64,000 nt of DNA from the NCBI GenBank assembly GCA_965208105.1, contig OZ242318.1, positions 4,640,001-4,704,000 of the forward strand, given 5' to 3'. The position numbers and the translations under genes are program-made. Under the pieces are notes generated by a model that did no database searches, was not told the DNA's origin, and saw only the letters and a list, made by a program, of their open reading frames with translations. Positions 8,936 through 18,312 of the stretch are shown piece by piece (position 1 is the stretch's first letter; each line of letters opens with the position of its first letter). The DNA comes from Candidatus Latescibacterota bacterium. Its GTDB lineage: Bacteria; Latescibacterota; UBA2968; UBA8231.

Positions 8936-9721
8936 ATGAAAGCTCTCATCCTGGTTGCTGGCCAGGGCCGCAGATTGTGGCCTTTCACGAGGGACTGCCC
9001 AAAGTGCCTCCTCTCCATCGGGGGCCGATCCATTCTCGAACAGCAACTGTCCAACCTGGAGAAGGTCGGAATCGGGCAGGTCGTCCTGGTTTGCGGATTC
9101 GGCGTCGAATCGATCCGCCGCGCGGCCGCGGCCTATCAGGGGAACTTGCAGGTCAAGATCGTCTACAACCCTTTCTACGCCGATGCCGACAACCTGATCT
9201 CCCTGTGGGCAGCCCGATGCGAAATGGACCAGGACTTCGTTCTCCTGAACGGCGACAACGTATTCCACCCCCGCATTGTCGAGCTCCTGCTCGAGACCGA
9301 AAAGATGTGCTGCCTGATGATCGACCGAAAATCCTTCTACGACGAAGACGATATGAAGTTGCAGCTGCAGAGGGACCAAATCCTGCGGATCGGCAAATCT
9401 TTGCTCCCCGATTCCGTCAATGCCGAGTCCATCGGCATCATGCAGTTCATCGACGCGGGTGTCGGGGAGCTCAAGCTGGTTCTCGAGGAGGCCGTCCTCG
9501 AAGAGCGGTCCCTCAAGGATTGTTTCCTCAACTGCGTTCAGCGTCTCATCGACCATGGTTTTCCCGTCAACTTCCGCGATATAGGGGGGTTGCCGTGGGC
9601 CGATGTGGACACGCCCGAAGATCTCCGCCAAGTGCGCCGTAACCTTCCAATCTACCAGTCCCAGTTTGCGCATTTCGGCCACACCCGGCCTTTGTATGGA
9701 AAGGCCAGGGGGGGCATATGA
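8936..9721 (+). CDS. NTP transferase / phosphocholine- or inositol-phosphate cytidylyltransferase family (LicC/IPCT-like)
   Basis: 'MKALILVAGQGRRL.P.T...PKCLL', 'VLLNGDNVF', 'DEDDMK' and 'WADVDTPEDL'. Confidence 0.88.
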   Translation: MKALILVAGQGRRLWPFTRDCPKCLLSIGGRSILEQQLSNLEKVGIGQVVLVCGFGVESIRRAAAAYQGNLQVKIVYNPFYADADNLISLWAARCEMDQDFVLLNGDNVFHPRIVELLLETEKMCCLMIDRKSFYDEDDMKLQLQRDQILRIGKSLLPDSVNAESIGIMQFIDAGVGELKLVLEEAVLEERSLKDCFLNCVQRLIDHGFPVNFRDIGGLPWADVDTPEDLRQVRRNLPIYQSQFAHFGHTRPLYGKARGGI

Positions 9722-11157
9722 TCCGCCAGGGGATTCTGGTCTTCGAGAACACCCCTCAGGGTGCCCGGAGCGCAGGTCTTCGGGTAGCCGGTCTCTCCCT
9801 TTTGGAGCGGCACATCCGCACCCTGGCGCGGGCCGGGATTCAGCGGCTTCTGGTCCTCGCGCCCGCCTCCATGAATCTCGAGCTCAGCAAGTTTGTCGAA
9901 AAACTCGACATAAGTGTCGAGCGTCTCACCTGGGGTGGGAGGCTGGCCCCGGCGCTGAATACCGCTGAAGACTGCCTGGTTCTCTGCGGCGACTACGTCC
10001 ATCATCACTCCTCGCTCAGCGCCCTGCTCGAGGGTGGATTGAAGGGCTTTGACCTCGTCGCCCAGGCCGCGGGCGAGCCCCCTCAGGACGGGGTATTCCA
10101 GACCGTATCCACTTCCTCCGGATCGGCGGATTTCTCCGAGGCGAAATCCTCCTCATCCAGCGTAAGTTCGGGGGCATTCCTCTGCGCCGCGGACCTGTTC
10201 TCGCCTGCCCAGCTCGGCGCTGCTTCAGGGAGTCTTCAGGATTTCCTGAAGAACAGAACCAGGGGGCGCAAAATCGAGGTGCGAAGTTCCACTCCGGCGC
10301 TCTGGCGCAGGGTGTGGGACCGCCGCAGCTCGCGCTCCGCCAAGAACATGCTCTTCAGCCAGGTTACCAAGTCCACCAGCGGCTTCGTATCGCGCCACAT
10401 CAATGCCCGCGTTTCCATCCCCACCAGCAAGCTGCTGATAGAGACGGGAATCTCGCCCCACGCCACGACCATCCTCCTGGTGCTCACCACGGGTCTGGCC
10501 AGCGCCTATCTGGTTACGCGCCCGGATGAATATATCATGCTGGCTCTGGCCGGCATTCTATGGCAATTCGCCGCTATTTTCGACCGCTGCGACGGAGAGA
10601 TCGCCCGGGTCAAGCTGTGCGAGTCGAATTTCGGCGCCTGGTTCGATACCATAACCGACAACATCGCCTACGTATGCGCCTACGTCGGCCTTATGATCGG
10701 CATGCACCGGCTCTACCCGGAGACAACCTTCTACGTTTACCTGGGAGCCGTGGCCGCCGGCGAGCTCATTCTGTGCCTCGCCTTTGCCTATGGTTACGCG
10801 ATCAAAATCGGAAACGGCAGCCTGCAGCACTACCTGATGGATTCCATCCACAACGTTCCGGCCTCGGAGAAGGGACCGGTTCACAGATTCATGGAACGTC
10901 ATGGATTTATAGCGAAGCGCGATTTCTTCTCCTTCTTCTTCTTCCTGGCCGCCATTGCCAACTGCGTCCAGTTGATTTACTGGTTTCTCATCGTCGGGCT
11001 TCACCTGCTCGTCATCGGCATGCTCATATTGCACAAGAAAGTTGTGCGGGCAGGGAAAGAAACACCGGAGTCGCACCAAATTGGAGAACCCGCGGAAGAT
11101 GCCCTGCCTGTCCTCGATTCCCTCCAGGCCCCTCCTCCGTCCGTCGAGGACAGGTAA
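9718..11157 (+). CDS. CDP-alcohol phosphotransferase (DIPPS/PIPS-like) with degenerate N-terminal NTP-transferase-like domain
   Basis: Signature 'FDRCDGEIARVK...FGAWFDTITD', 'K.TSGFVSRHINARVS' and N-terminal 'VAGLSLLERHIRTLARAGI'. Several TM helices. ATGA overlap with the upstream gene. Confidence 0.88.
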   Translation: MIRQGILVFENTPQGARSAGLRVAGLSLLERHIRTLARAGIQRLLVLAPASMNLELSKFVEKLDISVERLTWGGRLAPALNTAEDCLVLCGDYVHHHSSLSALLEGGLKGFDLVAQAAGEPPQDGVFQTVSTSSGSADFSEAKSSSSSVSSGAFLCAADLFSPAQLGAASGSLQDFLKNRTRGRKIEVRSSTPALWRRVWDRRSSRSAKNMLFSQVTKSTSGFVSRHINARVSIPTSKLLIETGISPHATTILLVLTTGLASAYLVTRPDEYIMLALAGILWQFAAIFDRCDGEIARVKLCESNFGAWFDTITDNIAYVCAYVGLMIGMHRLYPETTFYVYLGAVAAGELILCLAFAYGYAIKIGNGSLQHYLMDSIHNVPASEKGPVHRFMERHGFIAKRDFFSFFFFLAAIANCVQLIYWFLIVGLHLLVIGMLILHKKVVRAGKETPESHQIGEPAEDALPVLDSLQAPPPSVEDR

Positions 11158-12209
11158 TGAAATTCTTGAAGCTCGCCTTGCCGGGTCTGGGCCTTCTTTT
11201 CCTGGGCTATCTGATTGGCAAGTTGGGACCCGACGAAATCCTGCGCAATTTCATCATCATGAAGTGGTCCTTCCCCTTCATATTGATAATTGCCTTGACC
11301 TGGCACATCACCAACTCCATCGCATGGAGCTTTGCATTCCCTCCTGGCGCCTTCAAGCCCCCCTGGCACCGTCTTTTCATGGCAAAATTGGCCGGGGAAT
11401 CAGTAAATCAGCTGACCCCTCTGGCCAACCTCGGCGGTGAGCCTCTGAAGGCCTATTTGCTCAAACGCGAATCACCCTCTTCCCTGGGGCTGGCATCGGT
11501 CATAGTCAACAAGACCGCTCAGATAATTACCGGCCTGCTCTTTACTACCCTGGGGCTCTTTCTCGTCGTCGTCTATAATTTAAAATTGCCGAAGGCCATT
11601 CCCCTCCCCATCCAGATCGGGCTCGTGGTTCTTCTTGCGATAGGGGTTCTTCTCATCTGGCTGCTCTACAAAAAGCAGAAGCGGCTGTTTTCCTCCCTTC
11701 GCATCATGTTGCGGAGAATCGGGGTCAACACTCGTTTCCTGGAGAAGAAGGTGGCCAGGGCAGTGAGTATCGACACCAATATCAGCCGCTACTACAGCGA
11801 TTACAAAGGACGTTTTTTCCTGGTCTTGTTCTTTCATGCCATCGGTTGGCTCCTGGGCGCCTGTGAGACCTATGTCATCCTGAGAGCTCTGGACGCCGGC
11901 GCGGAATTCGAAGTGGCCTTCCTCATCACCGCGCTGGCCGTTATCATCAACAGCCTGTTTTTCTTCATGCCTTCCAATATCGGCGTCCTCGAAGGAGGAC
12001 AGGTTTTTCTCTTTTTGACCCTGGGCCTGAATCCTGCAATGGGCCTGTCGCTGGGAATAATCAAGCGCATGCGCAAGGTCTTCTGGATCTCGGTGGGATG
12101 GTTTTTTCTCACCCGTCTGAGCAGGAACCTGCTGGAGGCGGAGGTCTCCGAACAGAGCAGGACGGCTCCGCCGGCCAAGCAGGCCGAGTCCATCCTGAGA
12201 TATCGCTGA
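11157..12209 (+). CDS. lysylphosphatidylglycerol-synthase TM-domain (UPF0104/flippase-like) membrane protein
   Basis: The true start is the ATG at 11157 (TAATG overlap). Contains 'GESVNQLTPLANLGGEPLKAYLL' and 'FMPSNIGVLEGG' and is highly hydrophobic. Confidence 0.85.
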   Translation: MKFLKLALPGLGLLFLGYLIGKLGPDEILRNFIIMKWSFPFILIIALTWHITNSIAWSFAFPPGAFKPPWHRLFMAKLAGESVNQLTPLANLGGEPLKAYLLKRESPSSLGLASVIVNKTAQIITGLLFTTLGLFLVVVYNLKLPKAIPLPIQIGLVVLLAIGVLLIWLLYKKQKRLFSSLRIMLRRIGVNTRFLEKKVARAVSIDTNISRYYSDYKGRFFLVLFFHAIGWLLGACETYVILRALDAGAEFEVAFLITALAVIINSLFFFMPSNIGVLEGGQVFLFLTLGLNPAMGLSLGIIKRMRKVFWISVGWFFLTRLSRNLLEAEVSEQSRTAPPAKQAESILRYR

Positions 12210-12210
12210 A

Positions 12211-13557
12211 ATGGCAACGATTGCGGCACCTGTCTCATGGATTCTTGGACTTTCGTTCGGAGTGATCTTCCTGGCATCCGCAGGGGCTCAACCTCGCAAG
12301 CACAGCCTGCAGGAACTCATCGGCAAGGCCCTGAGTCTCAATGCCGAAATTGACGCCGTGCAGTGGCGGCTGGAAAGGGCATCGGCGCGCAAGCGGCAAG
12401 CGCAGGGAGCCCGTATCCTGCCCCGCCTTCGCCTGGAGAGCGAAAGCGGCATGGTTCCCGAGGCCCGTGGAGACATTCTCAATCCCCCCGCCGACACCAT
12501 GGGCATCAGGCCCCTCGGGCCATTCAACCGCACCGAACTCGAATTCGTCCAGCCCCTGTACGCCTTCGGGAAATTCACCAACCTGATGCGTGCGGTCGAA
12601 GCGGGAATTTCCGTCGAAGAAGCGGCTTTGAAGGAGAAACGGCTGGAGGTCGCCTTGACGACCAAAAGCTTTTACTACGGGGTCCTGCTGTCCAAGGATC
12701 TGCGCCAGTTGGCGGACGAGCTGTACAGGGAGCTGACAGAAAGACAGAAGAAGATTGCCGACGATCCGACTGTCCCCCTGTCCAGCCTGTACAAGTTGAA
12801 GTTGGCTCTCCTTGAATTGGAGCGGCAGAAGCGCGAGGCCGCCTTGCAGGAGGACCTGGCTCGCGCAGCTCTGCTCTGGACCGTGGGATTGTCCGAGGGC
12901 GAGCCCCTGGAGTTGGAGGAGGAGTGGCTCGAACCCGCCAGGGCGGTGGTGCCGCCCCTGGAGACCTTGACCGAGCAGGCCCTCGCGGTCCGTCCCGACT
13001 GGCAGGGACTACAGGCCGGGATCAGGGCCAAGAAGGCTCTCAGGGAGGCCGCCCGAAGTGAGTACTATCCCCAGATTTTTCTGGCGGGGGGCCTGCGCTA
13101 TGCGGTCGCACCCCACCGCACCGACCAGCGCAATCCCTTTGTCAAGGATGGGTTCAACTACTTCAACGGCGGCGTATTCATCGGTATGCGCCAATCCTTC
13201 GAATGGGGACTGCTCGGAGGCAAACTGGACCAGGCCCGCGCCGAATTCCAGGAACTCAAGGCCAGAGAAAGGGGCGTCCTTCAGGCCATCCGGCTCGATG
13301 TAAAACGCGCCTATGGTGACTATCGCAATGCTGACGACGCCCTGAGCACGGAGTCTGAAAAGCGGAAGGTGACGCGACAGTGGCTCAAGCAGGCCAAGGA
13401 AGAGTACGATTTCGACCCTGGAGAACTGAAGGAACTGATCAGCGCATTCGAGGAGTGGGCGCAGACCGAGAAGAGCTACCGCACGGCCGTATATGATTTC
13501 AACCTGAGCCTTGCCCGCCTGGAAAAGATTGCGGGGGGCGTTCCTTTGAGCGAATAG
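12211..13557 (+). CDS. TolC family outer-membrane protein
   Basis: Signal peptide, then 'SLQELIGKALSLN', 'FVQPLYAFGK', 'ARSEYYPQIFL' and 'AVYDFNLSLARLEKIAG'; two OEP-like repeats. Confidence 0.88.
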   Translation: MATIAAPVSWILGLSFGVIFLASAGAQPRKHSLQELIGKALSLNAEIDAVQWRLERASARKRQAQGARILPRLRLESESGMVPEARGDILNPPADTMGIRPLGPFNRTELEFVQPLYAFGKFTNLMRAVEAGISVEEAALKEKRLEVALTTKSFYYGVLLSKDLRQLADELYRELTERQKKIADDPTVPLSSLYKLKLALLELERQKREAALQEDLARAALLWTVGLSEGEPLELEEEWLEPARAVVPPLETLTEQALAVRPDWQGLQAGIRAKKALREAARSEYYPQIFLAGGLRYAVAPHRTDQRNPFVKDGFNYFNGGVFIGMRQSFEWGLLGGKLDQARAEFQELKARERGVLQAIRLDVKRAYGDYRNADDALSTESEKRKVTRQWLKQAKEEYDFDPGELKELISAFEEWAQTEKSYRTAVYDFNLSLARLEKIAGGVPLSE

Positions 13558-13559
13558 CG

Positions 13560-14930
13560 ATGGCGAGGCGACGTCTGAGGTTGTTCGGTTTTTTTCTCCT
13601 TTTCCCTTTCCTGGTGTTTCGGGAGGGACGCGCCGCAGCCCAGGGGGAGGGTTATGTCCACGAAGAAGGCCTTCTGCCGCTGGACATAGGGGGGCTGAAC
13701 CATTTCCTGCAGGGTAGCGGCCGAATTCAGGCGCGGGGACTCGACAGCTTGTTGGCCTCCGCCGTCGATTTCGAGCGCTTGAGCATGCGCACTTTCGGGG
13801 ATTATTGCGAAGATTCCCTGACCAACTACGAAGACAGGCTCGATGACGGCGAACTGCGGCAGCTTGTTGGCGGATGCAGGGAGGAGCTGGTCGCGGCCTA
13901 CCGCAAGCGTCTGGTCGCAGATCTCGCCGAGCGTCTGCGCCGACCCATTCCCTACCAGTTGCAGGTGGAAGATTATCAGGTATCCGGGGATGGCGGTCTC
14001 GTACGGCTCAAGGCCACCGCCAGGGAGGACGAGGTCTACCTGCGCTGCCATGTGCGCCGCAGGGAAGGGAAGTGGAGGATAGAAGACCTGGCCATAGGCG
14101 ACCGGCTGGTGAGCCGGAGGTACCGGGATGATTTTGGCGAAATCCTGGAAGAAGAATACTCGTTGCCAGTACTGATTGCTCATTTGGACCGCCGGCCCTA
14201 TCTCGTCCTGGAAGATTTTTCCAGTGCCCGGGCAGGACAGTTGCCCAAAGGATGGAAGTGGCGCAAAAGGGACGAGAAGAAGCCGAAACCCTATCTCGTC
14301 GAGCAAATCAACGGCAATCATTACCTGGCCGCCCAGGATACCGGCAGTTCCGTGATCATGCTCAAGTTCTCCCATTGGAACCCACGCGAATACCCGATCC
14401 TGACCTGGTGCTGGCGCGTCGATGTCCTGCCTTCAGGAGGCGACGAACGCCATGGCCGCACCAACGACAGCGCCGCCGGACTCTACGTGAATTTCTCGAT
14501 GAACTGGATAGGAATCCCCAAATATATCAAGTATGTTTGGAGCTCGACCCTGCCTGTCGGGACGGTGGGTAGACGCAAGAGAATCGCCCGGCCATGGTTT
14601 TTTGTTGTCGAAAGTGGAGAGGAAAACCTGGGGAGTTGGATATTCGAACAGACCGATCTCTACAAGGATTACCAGCGCGTCTACGACGGCAAACTCACAG
14701 ACCGCACCATCGGCCTGGGGATTCTTACCGATGCCAACAATACCGGTTCGCGCGCCGAGGCTTCTTACGCCGACGTCAGAGTGTGGACCAGGGAGGCGGA
14801 GAAAAAGGGACTGATCGAAGACTACTGCCGCTGTTTCGAGGGGGGCAATGAGGGGGGTGAGTCTGCCTGGCCGCACGGGAGGACGTTCTTTTCTGTCGAA
14901 GAATATGCCGAAGGAAGGGATCGAAATTGA
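13560..14930 (+). CDS. MlaC/Ttg2D-like domain fused to DUF3047 domain
   Basis: N-half 'VDFERLSMRTFG...KWRIEDLAIGDRLVSRRYRDDFGEIL' is MlaC-like. C-half 'LTWCWRV..LP.GGDER..TNDSAA.LYV...YVWSSTLPVGT...ILTDANNT' is DUF3047-like. Confidence 0.7.
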   Translation: MARRRLRLFGFFLLFPFLVFREGRAAAQGEGYVHEEGLLPLDIGGLNHFLQGSGRIQARGLDSLLASAVDFERLSMRTFGDYCEDSLTNYEDRLDDGELRQLVGGCREELVAAYRKRLVADLAERLRRPIPYQLQVEDYQVSGDGGLVRLKATAREDEVYLRCHVRRREGKWRIEDLAIGDRLVSRRYRDDFGEILEEEYSLPVLIAHLDRRPYLVLEDFSSARAGQLPKGWKWRKRDEKKPKPYLVEQINGNHYLAAQDTGSSVIMLKFSHWNPREYPILTWCWRVDVLPSGGDERHGRTNDSAAGLYVNFSMNWIGIPKYIKYVWSSTLPVGTVGRRKRIARPWFFVVESGEENLGSWIFEQTDLYKDYQRVYDGKLTDRTIGLGILTDANNTGSRAEASYADVRVWTREAEKKGLIEDYCRCFEGGNEGGESAWPHGRTFFSVEEYAEGRDRN

Positions 14931-15574
14931 GGCGTCTCCATTTCCATTGCGCAGCCCTCGCGGCTTTGCTGATGCTTCTCTGCGGCCGGCCTCAAGCCCT
15001 GGCCCCGGACAGCACCGGTGCAGCTGGTCGGGGGCAACCGACTCCCATTGCCATGCTCAGGTCCCACGATGCTGCGGTTCGGGCCATACTTGCCCGCTCA
15101 CCCAATGACTCGCTCTCGGCGGAATCGAGCGCCCGGATCAAGCACCATATAAATTCCACTTTCGATTTCAGAGAGTTGAGCAGGTTGTCTCTGGGAACCA
15201 CCTGGGACGAGCTGGACAAGGATGAGCGCGCCGGTTTCGTCGAGGTATTCAGCGGAATTATCGAAGAACAGAACTTCGACAATTTCCTGCGCTACTACCG
15301 GGAGGGGAAGATCGAATACCGGAAAGAGGAAATCGACGGAACCCGGGCTGCCGTCAGTGCCCTGGTGCCGCTGCAGAGAGAAGAGATCGGGATTACCTAC
15401 CTGCTGCACAGGGAAGGAGACGGGTGGCGCGTCTACGACCTCGTCGTTGACGGGGCCAGTACGGCAGAAGGCCACAGGAGGAGGCACGCTCGTTATATCG
15501 AGAAGCATTCGTTCGAGAAGCTCCTTCTTCAACTCAAGAAGCAACTCGGCCGGCTCGAGAATAAGGAAGACTGA
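14927..15574 (+). CDS. MlaC/Ttg2D/HpnM-family periplasmic lipid carrier
   Basis: Signal peptide, 'FDFRELSRLSLGTTWDEL...FVEVFS' and 'ITYLLH...WRVYDLVVDGAS'. Confidence 0.85.
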   Translation: MRRLHFHCAALAALLMLLCGRPQALAPDSTGAAGRGQPTPIAMLRSHDAAVRAILARSPNDSLSAESSARIKHHINSTFDFRELSRLSLGTTWDELDKDERAGFVEVFSGIIEEQNFDNFLRYYREGKIEYRKEEIDGTRAAVSALVPLQREEIGITYLLHREGDGWRVYDLVVDGASTAEGHRRRHARYIEKHSFEKLLLQLKKQLGRLENKED

Positions 15575-15582
15575 TTGGCTCG

Positions 15583-17961
15583 ATGCACATAAACTACGAA
15601 CGGCTCGTTCACTATATTCACCATCACTATGTAGGCGTCATTCTCATTTCCGTTTGCCTGTCCATAGTGGGTGGCTACTTCGCTGCGCATCTGCGGGTCA
15701 AGAGCGACCTCGCCAACCTGTTGCCGGAAGATCATCTCAGCGTCCTCGAGCTCAACCGGATCCGGGAACGGGTCGGGGGCATTGGTCCGCTCATGGTCAT
15801 CATCACAGGCGACGATCTGGGCAAGTCCGTGGAGTTCATGCTTGCCCTTGCCGACTCTCTGGAGCACAATCCCCGCATCGGTTCGGTGGTAAGGGGCAAG
15901 GACCGGGAGTTCTGGAGCAGGAACAGGCTCCTCTACATGGATCTGGAGGACCTGGATACGATCCACGCACGCATTTCCGACTACATCGAAACGCAGAAAC
16001 TCCGGCAGTCTCCACTCTACTTCGCCCTGGACGACGAGGAAGAAGCTGGACTGGATTTTTCGGACCTGGAGGAGAAGTACAGCGATCAAGGCGCCACCGA
16101 GCTGGAAAAAACCTACTACCTGACCAAGGAAAAAAACGGGGTAGTCCTCAGCCTGTATCCCGTCGGAGTAATTACGGATCTGCAATTCAACCAGAGACTA
16201 TTCAAAAGCCTTGAGAGTACGATTGAGGCCATAGATCCAAAAAGTTTCCATCCCAGCATCGATTACGCCTTCAAAGGAAGCCTGAAGAACAGCTCATACG
16301 AGTACCAGCTCGTCCTGGAGGACCTGAGAGATACCGCCCTTTACGCCTTCCTTGGGGTTCTGGTGCTGATCTCGCTCTACTTCCGCCAGGTTCTGGCCTC
16401 CCTCTTCGTCGTCCTCCCTCTGCTCATGGGGGTCTCCTGGACCTTTGGCCTGACCTATCTCGTGATCGATCATCTCAACCTGATCACGGTGGGCCTCTTC
16501 GCCATTCTCTTCGGGTTGGGGATTGATTTCGGCATTCACATATTTGCTCGCTACCGCGAGGCACGCCGCCGCGGCATCGACGTGGAAGAAGCCCTCAGCG
16601 AGACCATTTGCCACACCGGCAGGGCTCTGACCACTACTGCCGCCACGACCTCGGTGGCATTCTTTTCCCTGATGGCCACCGACTTCAAGGGCTTTTCCGA
16701 GTTCGGATTCATCGTCGGCATAGGCACCCTCTTCTCTCTCGCCGCGATGCTCGCCACTTGTCCGGCCTTCATAGTCCTGGCCGAACGCCTGAACCTGATC
16801 AAGCTCCAAAAGGACTCACTGCGGGTGTTCAAACGCGGCAGGTATCCTCTGCCTCTCCTCACCATTGCCGCCGCGCTGGCGGTAACGGCTTTTTCATTTT
16901 TTCACTTGAATGACCTCGAATTCGAGTATGACTTCACCAAACTCAGACCGAGCATATCCTACAAAAACAAGGCCAGCCTTCCCAATGCCCTTAAGGAGAC
17001 GCGCTCTCCCGCCATTGTCCTGACCGAAAACTTCACCGAGGCGGAAGAAGTCGTGGAAACGGTGAACAAAATACGGGCAAGCAATGGCGATGCGTCCACC
17101 ATCCGTTCGGTCAAAAGCGTCTATTCCTTTCTTCCAAGGGACCAGCCCGAGAAACTGGATCTCATCCGCCGCATCGAACAACTCGTGGACGACTCGGAAG
17201 ACCTGATAGGAGAAGACCAGAGGGCCGAGGTTGATTCCCTACGGCAATTCCTCGAAGTCACAAAGCTGACCTTGAAGGACCTTCCCGAAGACGTGACCAA
17301 GAAATTCACCGGAAAGAACGGGGAGTTGCTCAATTTTGTCATGATAAACGCATCCGTACCTTTAAGGGATGGAAAAAACGCCATTAACTTCGCCCGGGAG
17401 ATCAGCGAAATCCACACTCCTTCGGGCAATACCTACCGCGCCTCCAGCGCCCACATTATTTTTGCCGATATGCTCCAGACCATGATCGACGACAGCAAAA
17501 TCGCCGTAGTGCTGACCCTGCTCGTCGTCATCGCGGTCCTGCTCATCGATCTGCGCAATGTTGTCGCAACCTTACTGGTTCTGACGCCCCTGCTCAACGC
17601 GCTCGTGTGGGTTACGGGCTTCATGTACTTGTTCGATATTCGCCTGAATCTCTACAACATGGTTGCCTTTCCAACGATGATAGGCATGGGAATCGACAAT
17701 GGCGTCCACATCTACCATCGCTATCGCGAAGAGGGTAGGCATTCTTTGCGCCTGGTGCTGCGCACCACCGGCATCGCCCTGCTGGCCACTTCCCTGACGA
17801 CCATGGTAGGATTTTCCGGGCTGATTCCAGCCAACCATCCGGCCCTCGTATCCATCGGCACTCTCTCCCTGATCGGCTTGGGGTGTTGCTTTGTCACGGC
17901 AGTCACCCTGCTGCCCGCAATCCTCCAGCTCGGGGAGAAAAAATTCCGCCGGGAAGGCTGA
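15583..17961 (+). CDS. MMPL family (RND superfamily) transporter, HpnN-like
   Basis: 792 aa with two repeats: 'FGLGIDFGIHIFARYRE' and 'IGMGIDNGVHIYHRYRE'. Also 'DLANLLPED'. About 12 TM helices. Confidence 0.92.
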   Translation: MHINYERLVHYIHHHYVGVILISVCLSIVGGYFAAHLRVKSDLANLLPEDHLSVLELNRIRERVGGIGPLMVIITGDDLGKSVEFMLALADSLEHNPRIGSVVRGKDREFWSRNRLLYMDLEDLDTIHARISDYIETQKLRQSPLYFALDDEEEAGLDFSDLEEKYSDQGATELEKTYYLTKEKNGVVLSLYPVGVITDLQFNQRLFKSLESTIEAIDPKSFHPSIDYAFKGSLKNSSYEYQLVLEDLRDTALYAFLGVLVLISLYFRQVLASLFVVLPLLMGVSWTFGLTYLVIDHLNLITVGLFAILFGLGIDFGIHIFARYREARRRGIDVEEALSETICHTGRALTTTAATTSVAFFSLMATDFKGFSEFGFIVGIGTLFSLAAMLATCPAFIVLAERLNLIKLQKDSLRVFKRGRYPLPLLTIAAALAVTAFSFFHLNDLEFEYDFTKLRPSISYKNKASLPNALKETRSPAIVLTENFTEAEEVVETVNKIRASNGDASTIRSVKSVYSFLPRDQPEKLDLIRRIEQLVDDSEDLIGEDQRAEVDSLRQFLEVTKLTLKDLPEDVTKKFTGKNGELLNFVMINASVPLRDGKNAINFAREISEIHTPSGNTYRASSAHIIFADMLQTMIDDSKIAVVLTLLVVIAVLLIDLRNVVATLLVLTPLLNALVWVTGFMYLFDIRLNLYNMVAFPTMIGMGIDNGVHIYHRYREEGRHSLRLVLRTTGIALLATSLTTMVGFSGLIPANHPALVSIGTLSLIGLGCCFVTAVTLLPAILQLGEKKFRREG

Positions 17962-17988
17962 TTCCAGCGGGCCACGCAGAGGAATCGA

Positions 17989-18018
17989 CAGGCCGGCCGA
18001 AGAGATTCGACCGGCCTG
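17989..18018. terminator. hairpin between convergent MMPL gene and tRNA-Gly (probable terminator)
   Basis: On the minus strand, CAGGCCGGTCGAA-TCTC-TTCGGCCGGCCTG forms a 13-bp stem with one G.U pair. T-tails are weak. Confidence 0.6.
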
Positions 18019-18080
18019 ATTTCATATGGGAGAAATTGCGATTAACCGGAGATTGGGATAATTTTACTGAAGGAATAGAT

Positions 18081-18156
18081 TGGAGCGGGAGACGGGACTC
18101 GAACCCGCGACAACCACGTTGGCAACGTGGAGCTCTACCAACTGAGCTACTCCCGC
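18081..18156 (-). tRNA. tRNA-Gly (GCC)
   Basis: The reverse complement is GCGGGAGTAGCTCAGTTGGTAGAGC-TCCACG-TTGCCAA-CGTGG-TTGTC-GCGGGTTCGAGTCCCGT-CTCCCGC-TCCA. It is 76 nt with anticodon GCC, a TTCGA loop and encoded CCA. Confidence 0.97.
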
Positions 18157-18312
18157 TCTCGATGACTGTTCAATGGAAGGCCGTTCCAGGAATTGATCCG
18201 CTGGTGGGGGATGGTTAGCCCTTGATCCGACGCTGGAGGAAGAAGATCATCCGGCAAATCCCGGCTTAAGCGGGAGAAATTCCTGGAAAATCTGAGGGGA
18301 ATTAATATAAGT

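Noticed and set aside
10560-11156. 199-aa N-terminal extension of the flippase-like ORF
   Set aside because: An Arg/Pro-rich off-frame read of the CDP-alcohol phosphotransferase. The real start is the TAATG overlap at 11157.
14927-17961. hpnM/hpnN gene symbols (hopanoid transport)
   Set aside because: The resemblance is at family level only, and there is no shc or other hpn gene in the window.
1-18156. tRNA-Gly-anchored integrative island covering the left part of the window
   Set aside because: The region does lie 3' of the tRNA, but I found no integrase and no duplicated tRNA 3' end. The 9-nt GGAGCGGGA match near 8512 also occurs near 49568 and is chance-level.
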